Below the pieces are notes generated by a model. That model saw nothing but the letters and a program-made list of their open reading frames with translations. It made no database searches and had not been told where the DNA came from. 64,000 nucleotides of DNA from Halomonas sp. (GTDB lineage: Bacteria; Pseudomonadota; Gammaproteobacteria; Pseudomonadales; Halomonadaceae): assembly GCA_007692655.1 (NCBI GenBank), contig REBQ01000240.1, positions 10,727 through 74,726 of the forward strand, given 5' to 3'. Below are positions 22,950 to 32,785 of this stretch, in pieces. Every line of letters starts with the position of its first letter. Position 1 is the first letter of the stretch. A program made the position numbers and the translations under genes.

Positions 22950-23519
22950 ATGGATATTGAGCAAGTCGCCAGTCTCGAAAGAGGCCAACAGTTGCCCCTT
23001 CAGCGCGATGTGGAGGCTATTGCTATTCCGTTTGGTAGTACGGAGACACTGACAGAAGATAGCGTTGTAAGCGTGATGCAAGCGAAAGGCAGTACGGTGA
23101 GCGTTGGCTTTGAAGGTCGCCTCTACCTGATTGAAGGGCGCAACTTGGATGCCCTGGGGCTGGAGCCATTACCACGCCCCACGCTGTCTGAAACAGCTTC
23201 AGAAGAGGAGATAGAGCAGTTTGTCTGGGAGCAGTTGCGTACCTGCTTTGATCCTGAGATCCCGGTCAATATTGTCGACCTGGGGTTAGTATACGGCTGC
23301 CGTATTGAGCGGCTTATTAGCGGCGAGCGTCTGGTCACCATTCGTATGACGCTCACCGCTCCTGGCTGTGGAATGGGAGATGTGATTGCGGCAGATGCAC
23401 GTAATAAGATTCTAGGTGCGCCACAGATTAGCAAAGTGCACACTGAAATTGTCTTCAGTCCTCCCTGGAGTCGTGACATGATGAGTGACGAGGCCAAGCT
23501 TGAACTTGGTATGTTCTAG
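22950..23519 (+). CDS. sufT: Fe-S assembly protein SufT (DUF59)
   Basis: DPEIPVNIVDLGLVY...MTLTAPGCGMG...PPWSRDMMS. Confidence 0.9.
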   Translation: MDIEQVASLERGQQLPLQRDVEAIAIPFGSTETLTEDSVVSVMQAKGSTVSVGFEGRLYLIEGRNLDALGLEPLPRPTLSETASEEEIEQFVWEQLRTCFDPEIPVNIVDLGLVYGCRIERLISGERLVTIRMTLTAPGCGMGDVIAADARNKILGAPQISKVHTEIVFSPPWSRDMMSDEAKLELGMF

Positions 23520-23531
23520 CTGGGGAGCTGG

Positions 23532-24260
23532 ATGTATAACGCGTTGTTAGTAGGGCTAAAGCGTTTTTTAATGTCGCTAGGAGCATTGTTGCTGCTGGCG
23601 ACATTGCTGTTTATAGCAGGTAATTTATGGGTATTAGCCACAACCGCTGCCTACATTGAGCAGCACCCTCAACAGTGTCGACCAGATAGGGTTGGGGTTG
23701 TTTTCGGCACATCCCACTGGACGCGCAGCGGCGTGCGTAATCCACACTTCCATGCGCGTATGCGCACTGCGGCGACATTGATCGATCAAGCCAGTGTCGA
23801 GCATCTGCTGCTCTCAGGAGACAATCGCACTCAAGCGTATAATGAGCCCCGAGCCATGTGGCGTGAGCTTTATCGGCGCGGGGTGGCGGCAGAGCAGATG
23901 ACGATGGATTTTGCGGGCTTCAGCACCTACGACACGCTAGTGCGCGCTCGAGATGTGTTTCAGCTTGATAATGCGCTGCTGATTACGCAAAGTTGGCACT
24001 TGCCGAGGGCGGTCTTTATCGGTCGCGCGCTAGGTATGGACGTTACTGGCTGTGTAGCCGATGACCAAACAAACAAAGTGGAGCGACGCTTGCAGTTGCG
24101 GGAATGGGCGGCGCGAGTGGCCACCCTGGGGGATCTTTATATCTGGGGGAGAAAGCCCTATTTCCTCGGTGAGCCAGAGCCTATTGAAATACCCGCCAAG
24201 CGCACGCCTATTGACCTTATCCTGCCGAGCACTCAGCTCTTCCCTAGCACGCAGCGCTGA
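23532..24260 (+). CDS. SanA/ElyC (DUF218) family membrane protein
   Basis: LLLSGDN, YNEPRAM, DFAGFSTYDT, ITQSWHLPRA. Confidence 0.85.
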   Translation: MYNALLVGLKRFLMSLGALLLLATLLFIAGNLWVLATTAAYIEQHPQQCRPDRVGVVFGTSHWTRSGVRNPHFHARMRTAATLIDQASVEHLLLSGDNRTQAYNEPRAMWRELYRRGVAAEQMTMDFAGFSTYDTLVRARDVFQLDNALLITQSWHLPRAVFIGRALGMDVTGCVADDQTNKVERRLQLREWAARVATLGDLYIWGRKPYFLGEPEPIEIPAKRTPIDLILPSTQLFPSTQR

Positions 24261-24286
24261 AAGTATTAATGGGAGCCTACACTAAA

Positions 24287-24733
24287 TCAGCGATGGGTTT
24301 TGCGCTTTTGCAGCGCATAGAGTTCGCGGATAAGTTTACGGCAGCCCTGCATGCACTCTTCTACTACTGGTTCGATCGGGTCAGGTAAGGGGTGTGTGTA
24401 GAGCGAAGAGAGTGCCTGCATCAACACACGCTCTTGCTCTAACAGCTCATTGATCAAGACTTGGCTGTCGTTGCCGACAAAGCTTTTTAGGCGACTCCAC
24501 AGCCACAAAAAGTCGTCCCTCTCAACGTCGGCATCCCGCGGCAGCATTTTCAAATGCGCACGAGCAAGCTCCTGCAGCTTACGCATCAGCTTAAGCCGCG
24601 TCGTGTAGTGTGGCTTTAAGGCGTCACGCAGTGAGGGGCGCAGGCGTTCGATATTGTCTTGGAAATAATCAATGCTATCGGCCAACGCTTCCAATACGCT
24701 GTCCATCGCCACTTGGCGATTATCGAGAAACAT
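24287..24733 (-). CDS. Hypothetical helical protein (possibly ferritin-like PA2169/DUF2383)
   Basis: 148 aa, all-helical pattern; RBS AAGGAGG. Family assignment is by recollection only. Confidence 0.55.
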   Translation of the reverse strand: MFLDNRQVAMDSVLEALADSIDYFQDNIERLRPSLRDALKPHYTTRLKLMRKLQELARAHLKMLPRDADVERDDFLWLWSRLKSFVGNDSQVLINELLEQERVLMQALSSLYTHPLPDPIEPVVEECMQGCRKLIRELYALQKRKTHR

Positions 24734-24821
24734 GAGCGTCTACCTCCTTCGGTGACGCAGATTGTGGGGGTGACAGAAATGTTTTGCCACCCCCGAAACG
24801 AATTATTTTTACTTTTAGCGC

Positions 24822-25730
24822 TTAGCCTTTAGGTTTGGGCGGCGCTTTGCGTGCAGGGACGGCATTTTTTTCAATGTGTTCAATGATCATTCCAGCAATA
24901 TCCTTGCCAGTGGCATTTTCAATGCCCTGTAGGCCTGGCGAAGAGTTTACCTCCATAATCACCGGGCCGTGATTAGAGCGCAATAGGTCGACGCCCGCTA
25001 CGCGCAGGCCCATGGCTTTCGCCGCGCGAATCGCCGTTGAGCGTTCTTCCGGAGTAATACGAATGACGCTAGCGGTGCCGCCACGGTGTAAGTTGGAGCG
25101 AAACTCACCATCGGCTGCTTGGCGCTTCATCGAGGCCACTACTTTATCACCAATGACCAAGCAGCGGATATCTGCACCGCGGGCTTCCTTGATGTACTCC
25201 TGCACCATGATATTGGCTTTCATGCCCATGAAAGCTTGAATGACCGACTCCGCCGCCTGGTTGGTTTCCGCTAATACCACGCCGATTCCCTGGGTCCCTT
25301 CCAGTAGTTTAATCACCAACGGTGCACCTTTCACCATGGTGATCAGGTCGGGAATATCGTCCGGCGAGTGGGCAAATCCAGTAATCGGCAGGCCTAGTCC
25401 TTTGCGCGACAGCAGCTGGAGAGAGCGCAGCTTATCCCGTGAGCGAGTAATGGAGACGTTATCATTGATAACGTAGGTGCCCATCATTTCAAATTGACGT
25501 AGTAACGCGCAGCCATAGAAGGTCACTGACGCACCAATGCGGGGGATAACCGCATCAAAATGTTCAATCTCTTCACCTTTATAGTGAATCGATGGGTGGT
25601 GAGACGTGATGCTCATATAGCAGCGAAGTGTGTCCACCACGCGCGCGGTATGCCCACGCTGCTCTGCAGCTTCAACCAAGCGGCGGGTAGAGTATAAATT
25701 GCGATTGCGCGAAAGCAGAGCGATATGCAT
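24822..25730 (-). CDS. rimK: RimK family alpha-L-glutamate ligase
   Basis: [53 protein letters not shown]. Confidence 0.95.
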   Translation of the reverse strand: MHIALLSRNRNLYSTRRLVEAAEQRGHTARVVDTLRCYMSITSHHPSIHYKGEEIEHFDAVIPRIGASVTFYGCALLRQFEMMGTYVINDNVSITRSRDKLRSLQLLSRKGLGLPITGFAHSPDDIPDLITMVKGAPLVIKLLEGTQGIGVVLAETNQAAESVIQAFMGMKANIMVQEYIKEARGADIRCLVIGDKVVASMKRQAADGEFRSNLHRGGTASVIRITPEERSTAIRAAKAMGLRVAGVDLLRSNHGPVIMEVNSSPGLQGIENATGKDIAGMIIEHIEKNAVPARKAPPKPKG

Positions 25731-25771
25731 GTAGGAGGCTCCGAGCCTGAATAAAGGCAACTAATAAAGGA

Positions 25772-26212
25772 TTAAGGCTCACCGTGCAAAAAAGCGGCGC
25801 CGGGAGCCACTAGTAGACGACGCATAGCACGGCGTCCTAGCAGCATCGGATGGCGCATATTGCTGCGGTCCGTCAGGGTCAGTTCAACAGGGAAATTCAA
25901 ATCACCCATCTGCATAGGCGTTCGGATAACATAACGCCATTCGCTATGACCGTTGGAGCTAGTCACCCGGCGACGGTCATGCAAATGCAGATTATAGCGG
26001 TGTGCTGGTGTCGCAGGGCCTGCGCTGTGGGTAATAAAACTCACCCATAGCTGGCCATGCTCATCTTCATGGGTGTCTATATCTTCTGCATGAAGGGCAG
26101 ATGTGCGTGCGCCAGTGTCTGCTTTGCAGCACAGGTGAAGCCCTAGTTCAGGTAACGTCACCATCTCACGGCGGCCAATGACCGCCTTGGCCTGATAGGG
26201 TAATTCCTTCAC
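25772..26212 (-). CDS. RimK-associated retropepsin-like protein (so-called ATP-dependent Zn protease)
   Basis: IGRREMV, KADTGARTSALHA, LTDRSNMRHPMLLGRRAM. Confidence 0.85.
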   Translation of the reverse strand: MKELPYQAKAVIGRREMVTLPELGLHLCCKADTGARTSALHAEDIDTHEDEHGQLWVSFITHSAGPATPAHRYNLHLHDRRRVTSSNGHSEWRYVIRTPMQMGDLNFPVELTLTDRSNMRHPMLLGRRAMRRLLVAPGAAFLHGEP

Positions 26213-26248
26213 GGCTCACTCCTTGCAATTAAAAGTGACAACATCAGG

Positions 26249-27286
26249 TTACGCGTTTTTCTGGGGCATCATCATGGTTAGCCGACGCTGAATAGGGGAG
26301 CCGACTGGCGCGTCACGCAGTGCCATCATGACCGGTATACGAAGTCTTGGAACAATCGCAAGATCACGGACAACGGCAGCAAAGTCAGTACGCTCATCTT
26401 CAGCCAAACGTTGAAGAAAAAGCGGTAGACGGTGACCATCTTCCAGATATTGCCAACCACGCCCCGCCATGGCGGCTAACACATCAGGCCCACAGGCCGC
26501 CGTGTCTTCCAATAAGTGGTTATACCAATCTGCTGCCTGTGATGCGCCGGTATTGCCCACTGCGCGTATGCAGGCGCTCAGGGTTTCCACATCGCCTTGC
26601 TGAGCGGCCATTTCACCCCGGCTTGCAAGGGCGGATACTAACGTCTCTGAAAATGTCTGATGCTCTAAACAGTAGCATAACGAATGAATAACGGCGGTGG
26701 GTAGCGTTGGTAGTTGACGCGCGAGTGCTTCAGCGTCAGATGTTTCCATGCGCACCACATAGTCGGCAACCCCCTGCAACCCCAATGCCTGCCAGTCGAT
26801 AGCCTGCTGACCAGTGAAGTAAGCATCCACAGGCTCAAAATGCTGGCTGGCTGGCAAGCCCATGTCATGGGTAGCGCGCGCATTCAGCATTGCTTGAAAG
26901 GTGACGTTGGGAGTGAAGGCAAGGGGATTATCCTTCATTAAATGATCCACGTCCGTAGTTTCTTCGCGTCCCACTTGAGAAACAGTACGCCCTAATGTTT
27001 CCAACAGACGATTTAAAAAAGCATCTCGCTGTGCCGGGGCCAGCATTCCCTGTTCATCCAGCGGGAGAGCCAAAAACCAAATCGCAGGTTCGGGCATGTC
27101 GCCTAGAAGAAACACAATAGCCAATCTCGCCTGGCCTTGCCATGGCTCCGGCCAGGCCATTTCGCCACTTTCAAAGGTGGCCAGTGATTCCCGGGGACAG
27201 GCAACCACATGGCGTCCCATGTGATAGAGAGAAACGTTGGCCCCACTACGGGTAAAGAAATCGTCAAGAGTTTGAATCGGTTGCAT
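26249..27286 (-). CDS. DUF3549 family protein
   Basis: YHMGRHV...WFLALPLDEQGML...NPLAFTP resembles DUF3549. Confidence 0.7.
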   Translation of the reverse strand: MQPIQTLDDFFTRSGANVSLYHMGRHVVACPRESLATFESGEMAWPEPWQGQARLAIVFLLGDMPEPAIWFLALPLDEQGMLAPAQRDAFLNRLLETLGRTVSQVGREETTDVDHLMKDNPLAFTPNVTFQAMLNARATHDMGLPASQHFEPVDAYFTGQQAIDWQALGLQGVADYVVRMETSDAEALARQLPTLPTAVIHSLCYCLEHQTFSETLVSALASRGEMAAQQGDVETLSACIRAVGNTGASQAADWYNHLLEDTAACGPDVLAAMAGRGWQYLEDGHRLPLFLQRLAEDERTDFAAVVRDLAIVPRLRIPVMMALRDAPVGSPIQRRLTMMMPQKNA

Positions 27287-27446
27287 AACATCCTTCCGCG
27301 TTGCAAGCCTGCACTCTACCTTGCTGGTGTGCCACTGTCAGCCGCTGCAGTGGATTAAATATAGCGTTCAGATAGGGTATTAATGACAATGCGGTTAAAA
27401 ATTAAACAACTCGGTGAAAGCCGCATGAGAGAAAGGATTGCGACAC

Positions 27447-27500
27447 CTTTCCATAGTTTATCCACAGGCTCGTGCAGGTTTTCTGTGGGTCTATGGATAA
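27447..27500. promoter_or_regulatory. Cluster of DnaA boxes
   Basis: Perfect TTATCCACA at 27458-27466; 8/9 inverted TATGGATAA at 27492-27500; weaker boxes at 27447-27455 and 27484-27492. Confidence 0.6.
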
Positions 27501-27600
27501 CGACTATCAATTGCTGATGAGTAGCAAGAAGAACGTTGAGTAGGGATAATAGGTCAGAGAAAGGTTCTTTTCATTTTCCAAGGTATTGGCGCCGCTATCT

Positions 27601-27933
27601 ATGAGTATTTATCAACCGCTGCAGACAGCGCTTCTTGAACTGGAAGCGTCCATGAAAGCTGCCGATTTATGGCAAATGACCACACCTGATGCCAGCGCCT
27701 TCGCCAGCCAGCAGCCGTTCTGCATCGATACCATGTCACTGCCGCAGTGGATTCGCTTTGTATTTATTGCACGCTTGAATGCATTAATCGATGCCAATGC
27801 CACGATGCCTGCTAAATGTGAGATAGCGCCCGCGGTAGCGGCCTATCTGCAGCAGGAAAAAGTACCTTCCCACCACCAGTTACTTATCGTACGGGCAGCA
27901 GAGAAGGTGGATCAGTTAGTCACTGAAAGCTGA
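27601..27933 (+). CDS. yqcC: YqcC (DUF446) family protein
   Basis: LWQ...AFASQQPFCIDTMSLPQWIRFVFIARL...P.KCEIAP. Confidence 0.85.
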   Translation: MSIYQPLQTALLELEASMKAADLWQMTTPDASAFASQQPFCIDTMSLPQWIRFVFIARLNALIDANATMPAKCEIAPAVAAYLQQEKVPSHHQLLIVRAAEKVDQLVTES

Positions 27934-27983
27934 ACGTTATTAGCAGTGGAACGTTATTAACAGTAAAATGTTATCAAAAACAA
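27933..27983. repeat. Degenerate 17-bp tandem repeat, 3 copies
   Basis: AACGTTATTAGCAGTGG / AACGTTATTAACAGTAA / AATGTTATCAAAAACAA. Confidence 0.7.
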
Positions 27984-28007
27984 AGCCCGCCGTGAGGCAG
28001 GCTTTGT
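27976..28007. terminator. Terminator between yqcC and ompW
   Basis: AAAAACAAAGCCCGCC-GTGA-GGCAGGCTTTGT. Confidence 0.75.
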
Positions 28008-28057
28008 ACATGAGATTAATTTTACAGAACGCGTCCTTGGAGAGGCTTGCGGACGGC

Positions 28058-28684
28058 CTAGAAGCGGTAGCTAAGCCCTGCCATTACCACCACCGGATCA
28101 ATCTCAACGGTGCCTGCCGAGGCGCCATTGACGCTAGCGTCAGTGTCGATGTCAATGTACCAAGCCGCAGCATTCAGCGCCCAGTTGCCATCAATCAATA
28201 AGTCGACGCCGACCTGGCCCGCAGCGCCCCAGGAGTTGTCGAGATCCAGATCACCAATCGTTAACTGTTCATCCGAAAAACGGGTGTAGTTGATACCTGC
28301 GCCTACATAAGGCTGTACCCGCGAGTGCGTGCCGCCAAGCGGATAGTACTGCAGCGTTAGGGTAGGCGGCAGGTGCTTGGTAGAGGCGATGTTATCGCCA
28401 TTTAAATGGATGTCATGCTTAAACGGCAAAGCCGCTAGCAGTTCAATACCGACTTTATCGTGAAAGCGATAGCCGAGTGTGAAGGCAAAGTCGGTTTTGT
28501 CCTGTACATCCACAGAAAGCGCGCCGCCAGCCAGTGTGCCGTTGTCGCTTTTGGGTACCACTTTGGCAACACCAACACGGGTAAAAAAGTCACCCGCGCC
28601 ATAGGCAAATGCCTGGCTGCTGGTCATCATTGCTGCAGCGGCAACAGTGGTTATAAGTAAGGTAGACAGGGCGGCTTTACGCAT
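28058..28684 (-). CDS. ompW: Outer membrane protein OmpW
   Basis: Signal peptide, then GIELLAALPF, LPPTLTLQYY, QPYVGAGINY and C-terminal IDPVVVMAGLSYRF. Confidence 0.93.
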   Translation of the reverse strand: MRKAALSTLLITTVAAAAMMTSSQAFAYGAGDFFTRVGVAKVVPKSDNGTLAGGALSVDVQDKTDFAFTLGYRFHDKVGIELLAALPFKHDIHLNGDNIASTKHLPPTLTLQYYPLGGTHSRVQPYVGAGINYTRFSDEQLTIGDLDLDNSWGAAGQVGVDLLIDGNWALNAAAWYIDIDTDASVNGASAGTVEIDPVVVMAGLSYRF

Positions 28685-28773
28685 GGGATCTCTCCAGGTG
28701 TCAAAACAGATAATTACCAAATGAGTCGTTGTAACACTTGCCGGCCTTTCGATAGCCGCTTAACGATATGGCC

Positions 28774-28815
28774 AGTGTAACGGGGTCCAGGGAGTGGATT
28801 ATTGATCCAGGGCAA
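28774..28815 (-). promoter_or_regulatory. Class II FNR/ANR-type promoter of ompW
   Basis: TTGAT-CCAG-GGCAA at 28802-28815 (8/10). Minus-strand -10 TACACT at 28779-28774 has the spacing expected for a site centred at -41.5. Confidence 0.65.
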
Positions 28816-28879
28816 GGGTTATGAGAGGCAAGGAGCCGAGCAGTGCTAGCATCCTATTAGGGGCAACCGGAAGCCAGAT

Positions 28880-28906
28880 AAAAAAAGCCACTAGCGAGTA
28901 GTGGCT
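28880..28906 (-). terminator. putA terminator
   Basis: AGCCACTA-GCGAG-TAGTGGCT with an A7 tract on the plus strand. A second hairpin GTGAGCGG/CCGCTCAC lies at 28935-28960. Confidence 0.75.
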
Positions 28907-28975
28907 GTGATTGGAGGCTAATACTGGAGGCTGAGTGAGCGGCATCAAGCCACCGCTCACGAAAGAAGTACCGGT

Positions 28976-31900
28976 CTATTCAGCCGTTGCCAGCAGGCTG
29001 GCGTTGCCGCCCGCTGCGGTGGTGTCGATACATAGATGACGTTCCACCACGTAGCGATCCGGCGAGATGGTCTGGGTTTCGAGCGGGATGATGGCGCCGT
29101 CGCGCTTGGCCAGCGCAATCCGCAGCTCACGGGTCCAGTCGCTGTTGCCAGCGGCGGCGACCGCCGCAATACCTTTGACCTCGCTCAGTGTCTCGGCTGA
29201 AACGCTGCCATCAAGCCCGGCTACCGGTGCGCCGGCATCGATCAGCGGCTTCACCGCCTGCTCGGCGCCGGGGGCGACCACGACGGCTGCACAGCCCGTG
29301 CCTAGGGCCTGGGCTGCTTGCGCGATGGCGATATCCAGGGTTGGTCCCAGGCACAGCACCACGCCCTTGGGGTACATCGCCAGGCGGTTGCTTTCCCCTG
29401 TCGGCCCCGGCAGGGTCTGCGGTGTCATATCCAAGGCTGCTGTTTCGGCAAGCGCTTTGCGGATCGCGCCGCCTTTGCCGGAGAGCGCCTTGCGCAGCAC
29501 CTCGATCCGATTGGGTCGTACCGCCCAGTTGCGAGCATCTAGCCCGTCAAAGGCCGCTTGGAGGTCGCTGAGTGGCACGGCACTGCCCTCAACTGCCTCG
29601 TGGTGCTCGGCGTTCGCGGTGCGCCGGAAGCGCGTCACATAGAGGGGGCCACCGGCTTTGGGCCCGGTGCCAGAGAGCCCCTCGCCGCCGAACGGCTGGG
29701 AGCCAACAATGGCGCCGATCTGGTTACGGTTGACGTAGACATTGCCGACATGAATACGCTCGACGATCTGCTGTACTCGGTCATCGATACGGGTATGCAG
29801 GCCGAAGGTTAGCCCGTAGCCCTTGGCATTAATGTCGTCGACCACCTTATCGATGTCCCGCGCCTTGAAGGTGGCTACGTGCAGCACCGGGCCGAAGATT
29901 TCACGTTCGAGATCTTCGATGCCACCGACTTCGATTACCGCGGGGGTAACGAAGGTGCCGGTCTGCGGTGCGGGCAGCTTCTTCAGCACTTTACCAGCCT
30001 TCTCATGGGCTGTTACATAGTCGCTGATATCGGCCTGGGCGTCGGCGTCGATGACTGGTGAGACGTCGGTGTCGGTGTTCCAGGGGTCGCCAATGGTGAG
30101 TGCGTCCATGGCGCCGTAGAGCATGTTGAGCAAGCGGTCGCGGGCCTCTTCCTGGACATACAGCATGCGCAGCGCGGAACAGCGCTGGCCAGCAGACTGG
30201 AATGAGGAGATCAGGATATCGCGTACCGCCTGCTCGGTGAGCGCCGTGGAGTCCACGATCATGGAGTTGAGACCACCGGTCTCAGCAATCAGTACCGCAT
30301 CGGGACCCGCGTTTTCCGCCAGGGCTTTATGGATAATCTGTGCCACTGGGGTTGAGCCGGTAAAGCAGACGCCGGCGATACGCGGGTCGCTGGTCAGCGG
30401 GCCACCCACGGTTGGGCCATCGCCAGGCAGCAACTGCAGTGCTGCTTCCGGTAGACCCGCTTCACGCATTAGCTCCACAGCGCGGGCGGCGATCAGGGGT
30501 GTTTGCTCGGCGGGCTTGGCGAGTACCGCATTGCCAGCTACCAGGGCGGCTGCGATCTGCCCGGTGGTAATCGCCAACGGGAAGTTCCACGGACTGATAC
30601 ACACGAAGATGCCGCGGGCGCTGCCGGGCTCTTCCGCTTCCAACCGCTCGCCTTCGTTGGCATAAAAACGCAGGAAATCCACCGCTTCGCGCACTTCAGC
30701 GATACCGTCGAACATCATTTTGCCCGCTTCGCGGGTGGTGATCACGGTCAGCTCGGCGATATGTTCCTCGTAGAGGTCGGCGGTGCGGCGCAGTACCGCG
30801 GCGCGCTCGGCCACAGGGCGCATCGACCACTCTTTGAAGCCTTGTTCGGCGGCGTCGAGAGCAGTGGCGACCTCTTCCGGGGTGGCTTCATGCACTTTGC
30901 CGATCACCCGTTTGCTATCGGCGGGGGAGAGGGCGTCGCGCGCCGGGCCCTTAGGTGCGGGGTTGCCCACCAGCATGGGGCCGGCAGTCCAGGTGGCGTC
31001 GGCAAACGCTTCCCGCGCCTCAAGCAGTGGCAAAATGGAGGCGGGCTCGTTAATGCGATAGCCCTTGGAGTTCTTGCGATCAGGCGCAAACAGCTCGCTG
31101 GGCTGACGGATCAGCGGGCTTGAAACGTCGTTGCCGAGCTGCTTAAAGCCTTCAATGGGATCTCTTGAAACGTCGCTTGGCGGAATCGAGCTGTCCACTA
31201 CTTGGTTGACGAACGAAGAGTTGGCGCCGTTCTCCAACAGGCGGCGTACCAGGTAGGCCAGTAGGTCGCGGTGCGCACCGACCGGAGCGTAGATCCGGCA
31301 GTGGGTGCCTTCCGTCTCCTTGACGATATGGTGCAGCGATTCGCCCATGCCGTGCAGGCGCTGGAACTCATAGCTGTCTTTGTCGTCGCCGGCCATCTCC
31401 GCGACGGCGGCGCAGGTGTGGGCGTTGTGGGTGGCGAACTGAGGGTAGATACGGTCGCGACGGTCGAGCAGCATCTGGGCGCAGGCCATATAGCTGACGT
31501 CGGTGTTGACCTTGCGAGTGAAGACCGGGAAGGTCTTGACCCCCATTTCCTGGGAGAGCTTGATCTCCGTATCCCAGTAAGCACCCTTAACCAAGCGCAC
31601 CATGATCTTGCGGTTGAACCGTTCGGCCAGCTCATAGAGTGTCTCGATCACCGGCGCGGCGCGGCGACCGTAAGCTTGCACGACAACACCGAAACCATCC
31701 CATCCGTCTAAGCTGGGGTCGGCCATTAATGCCTCGATTACGTCGAGGGAGAGGTCCAACCGATCCTGCTCTTCGGCGTCGATATTGAAACCGATATTGG
31801 CTTTGGCGGCCTGCTGCACCAACGCTTTAGCGCGCGGCAACAGCTCTGCCATGACCGTATCGCGGTGCGTGTATTCATAACGGGGATGCAGTGCCGAGAG

Positions 31901-32641
31901 CTTTACCGAGATGCCGGGACTGCCGCGTACGTCGCCTTTGGCCTGCTCGGCGATGGCAGTAATCGCCTTGGCGTAAGCCTCATGATAGCGAACGGCATCT
32001 TCGTCGGTGCGCGCCGCTTCGCCCAGCATATCGTAGGAGTAGGTGTAGCCCTGCTTCTCGAGTTCGCGGGCATTCTTCATGCCTTCTTCAATCGTCTGAC
32101 CAAGCACGAACTGGCGGCCAAGAATCTTCATCGACTGGCCAACGGCCTTGCGTACCACGGGTTCGCCCATACGACGCACCAGACCGCGTAGCGCCCGCGT
32201 CGGTCCCTTGGGATCCTCTGCCAGCACCTTGCCGGTCAGCAACAGCGCCCAAGTCGAGGCATTAACCATGGATGAGGACGACTTGCCCAGGTGGGCGCCC
32301 CAGTCGGATGGCTCAATCTTGTCGTGGATCAGGTCGTCGATGGTTTCCGCATCGGGCACCCGCAGCAGCGCCTCTGCCAGGCACATCAGGCCAACGCCTT
32401 CGGTGGTGGAGAGCCCGTACTCGGCCAGGAAGGCCTCCATCATTGAGGGCGACCTTTCCTTGCGCACACGCTCTACGTAGTTGGCGCCGAGGGCGGCGAC
32501 CTTCTTGCGGTCGCCCTCCGACAGCTTGATACGCTCAATAAGCCCGTGTAGCACATCAGCCTCGTTGGCATCGTAGTGGGTGCGAATGCGTGAGCGTAGA
32601 TCACTCACATCGCTATGCAGATGAGGATTGGCTTCGTTCAT
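28976..32641 (-). CDS. putA: Bifunctional proline dehydrogenase / L-glutamate-gamma-semialdehyde dehydrogenase
   Basis: 1221 aa: SYDMLGEAART, ISVKLSALHPRY, VRLVKGAYWD, FATHNAH, ISPWNFPLAI, SAGQRCSALR, EIFGPVLH; no N-terminal RHH repressor domain. Confidence 0.96.
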   Translation of the reverse strand: MNEANPHLHSDVSDLRSRIRTHYDANEADVLHGLIERIKLSEGDRKKVAALGANYVERVRKERSPSMMEAFLAEYGLSTTEGVGLMCLAEALLRVPDAETIDDLIHDKIEPSDWGAHLGKSSSSMVNASTWALLLTGKVLAEDPKGPTRALRGLVRRMGEPVVRKAVGQSMKILGRQFVLGQTIEEGMKNARELEKQGYTYSYDMLGEAARTDEDAVRYHEAYAKAITAIAEQAKGDVRGSPGISVKLSALHPRYEYTHRDTVMAELLPRAKALVQQAAKANIGFNIDAEEQDRLDLSLDVIEALMADPSLDGWDGFGVVVQAYGRRAAPVIETLYELAERFNRKIMVRLVKGAYWDTEIKLSQEMGVKTFPVFTRKVNTDVSYMACAQMLLDRRDRIYPQFATHNAHTCAAVAEMAGDDKDSYEFQRLHGMGESLHHIVKETEGTHCRIYAPVGAHRDLLAYLVRRLLENGANSSFVNQVVDSSIPPSDVSRDPIEGFKQLGNDVSSPLIRQPSELFAPDRKNSKGYRINEPASILPLLEAREAFADATWTAGPMLVGNPAPKGPARDALSPADSKRVIGKVHEATPEEVATALDAAEQGFKEWSMRPVAERAAVLRRTADLYEEHIAELTVITTREAGKMMFDGIAEVREAVDFLRFYANEGERLEAEEPGSARGIFVCISPWNFPLAITTGQIAAALVAGNAVLAKPAEQTPLIAARAVELMREAGLPEAALQLLPGDGPTVGGPLTSDPRIAGVCFTGSTPVAQIIHKALAENAGPDAVLIAETGGLNSMIVDSTALTEQAVRDILISSFQSAGQRCSALRMLYVQEEARDRLLNMLYGAMDALTIGDPWNTDTDVSPVIDADAQADISDYVTAHEKAGKVLKKLPAPQTGTFVTPAVIEVGGIEDLEREIFGPVLHVATFKARDIDKVVDDINAKGYGLTFGLHTRIDDRVQQIVERIHVGNVYVNRNQIGAIVGSQPFGGEGLSGTGPKAGGPLYVTRFRRTANAEHHEAVEGSAVPLSDLQAAFDGLDARNWAVRPNRIEVLRKALSGKGGAIRKALAETAALDMTPQTLPGPTGESNRLAMYPKGVVLCLGPTLDIAIAQAAQALGTGCAAVVVAPGAEQAVKPLIDAGAPVAGLDGSVSAETLSEVKGIAAVAAAGNSDWTRELRIALAKRDGAIIPLETQTISPDRYVVERHLCIDTTAAGGNASLLATAE

Positions 32642-32735
32642 ACTGGGTCTCTCCTTGCTAGTCGAAACGTAGCGTTAATGCGTCGACTAGTGTGTAGTCG
32701 TTCTTTTTAAAGCAAGCACAAAAGATCAAACTAAT

Positions 32736-32759
32736 AGAGGGCTCCCGCGGGAGCCCTCT
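32736..32759 (-). terminator. Strong hairpin between putP and putA
   Basis: AGAGGGCTCC-CGCG-GGAGCCCTCT, with a moderately U-rich tail on the minus strand. Confidence 0.6.
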
Positions 32760-32785
32760 CTATACGTTAAGTGTGCTCTGCGATG

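Noticed and set aside
29067-32529. Numerous long plus-strand ORFs opposite putA
   Set aside because: They are the expected stop-poor shadow frames of a GC-rich gene, with no motifs or RBS.
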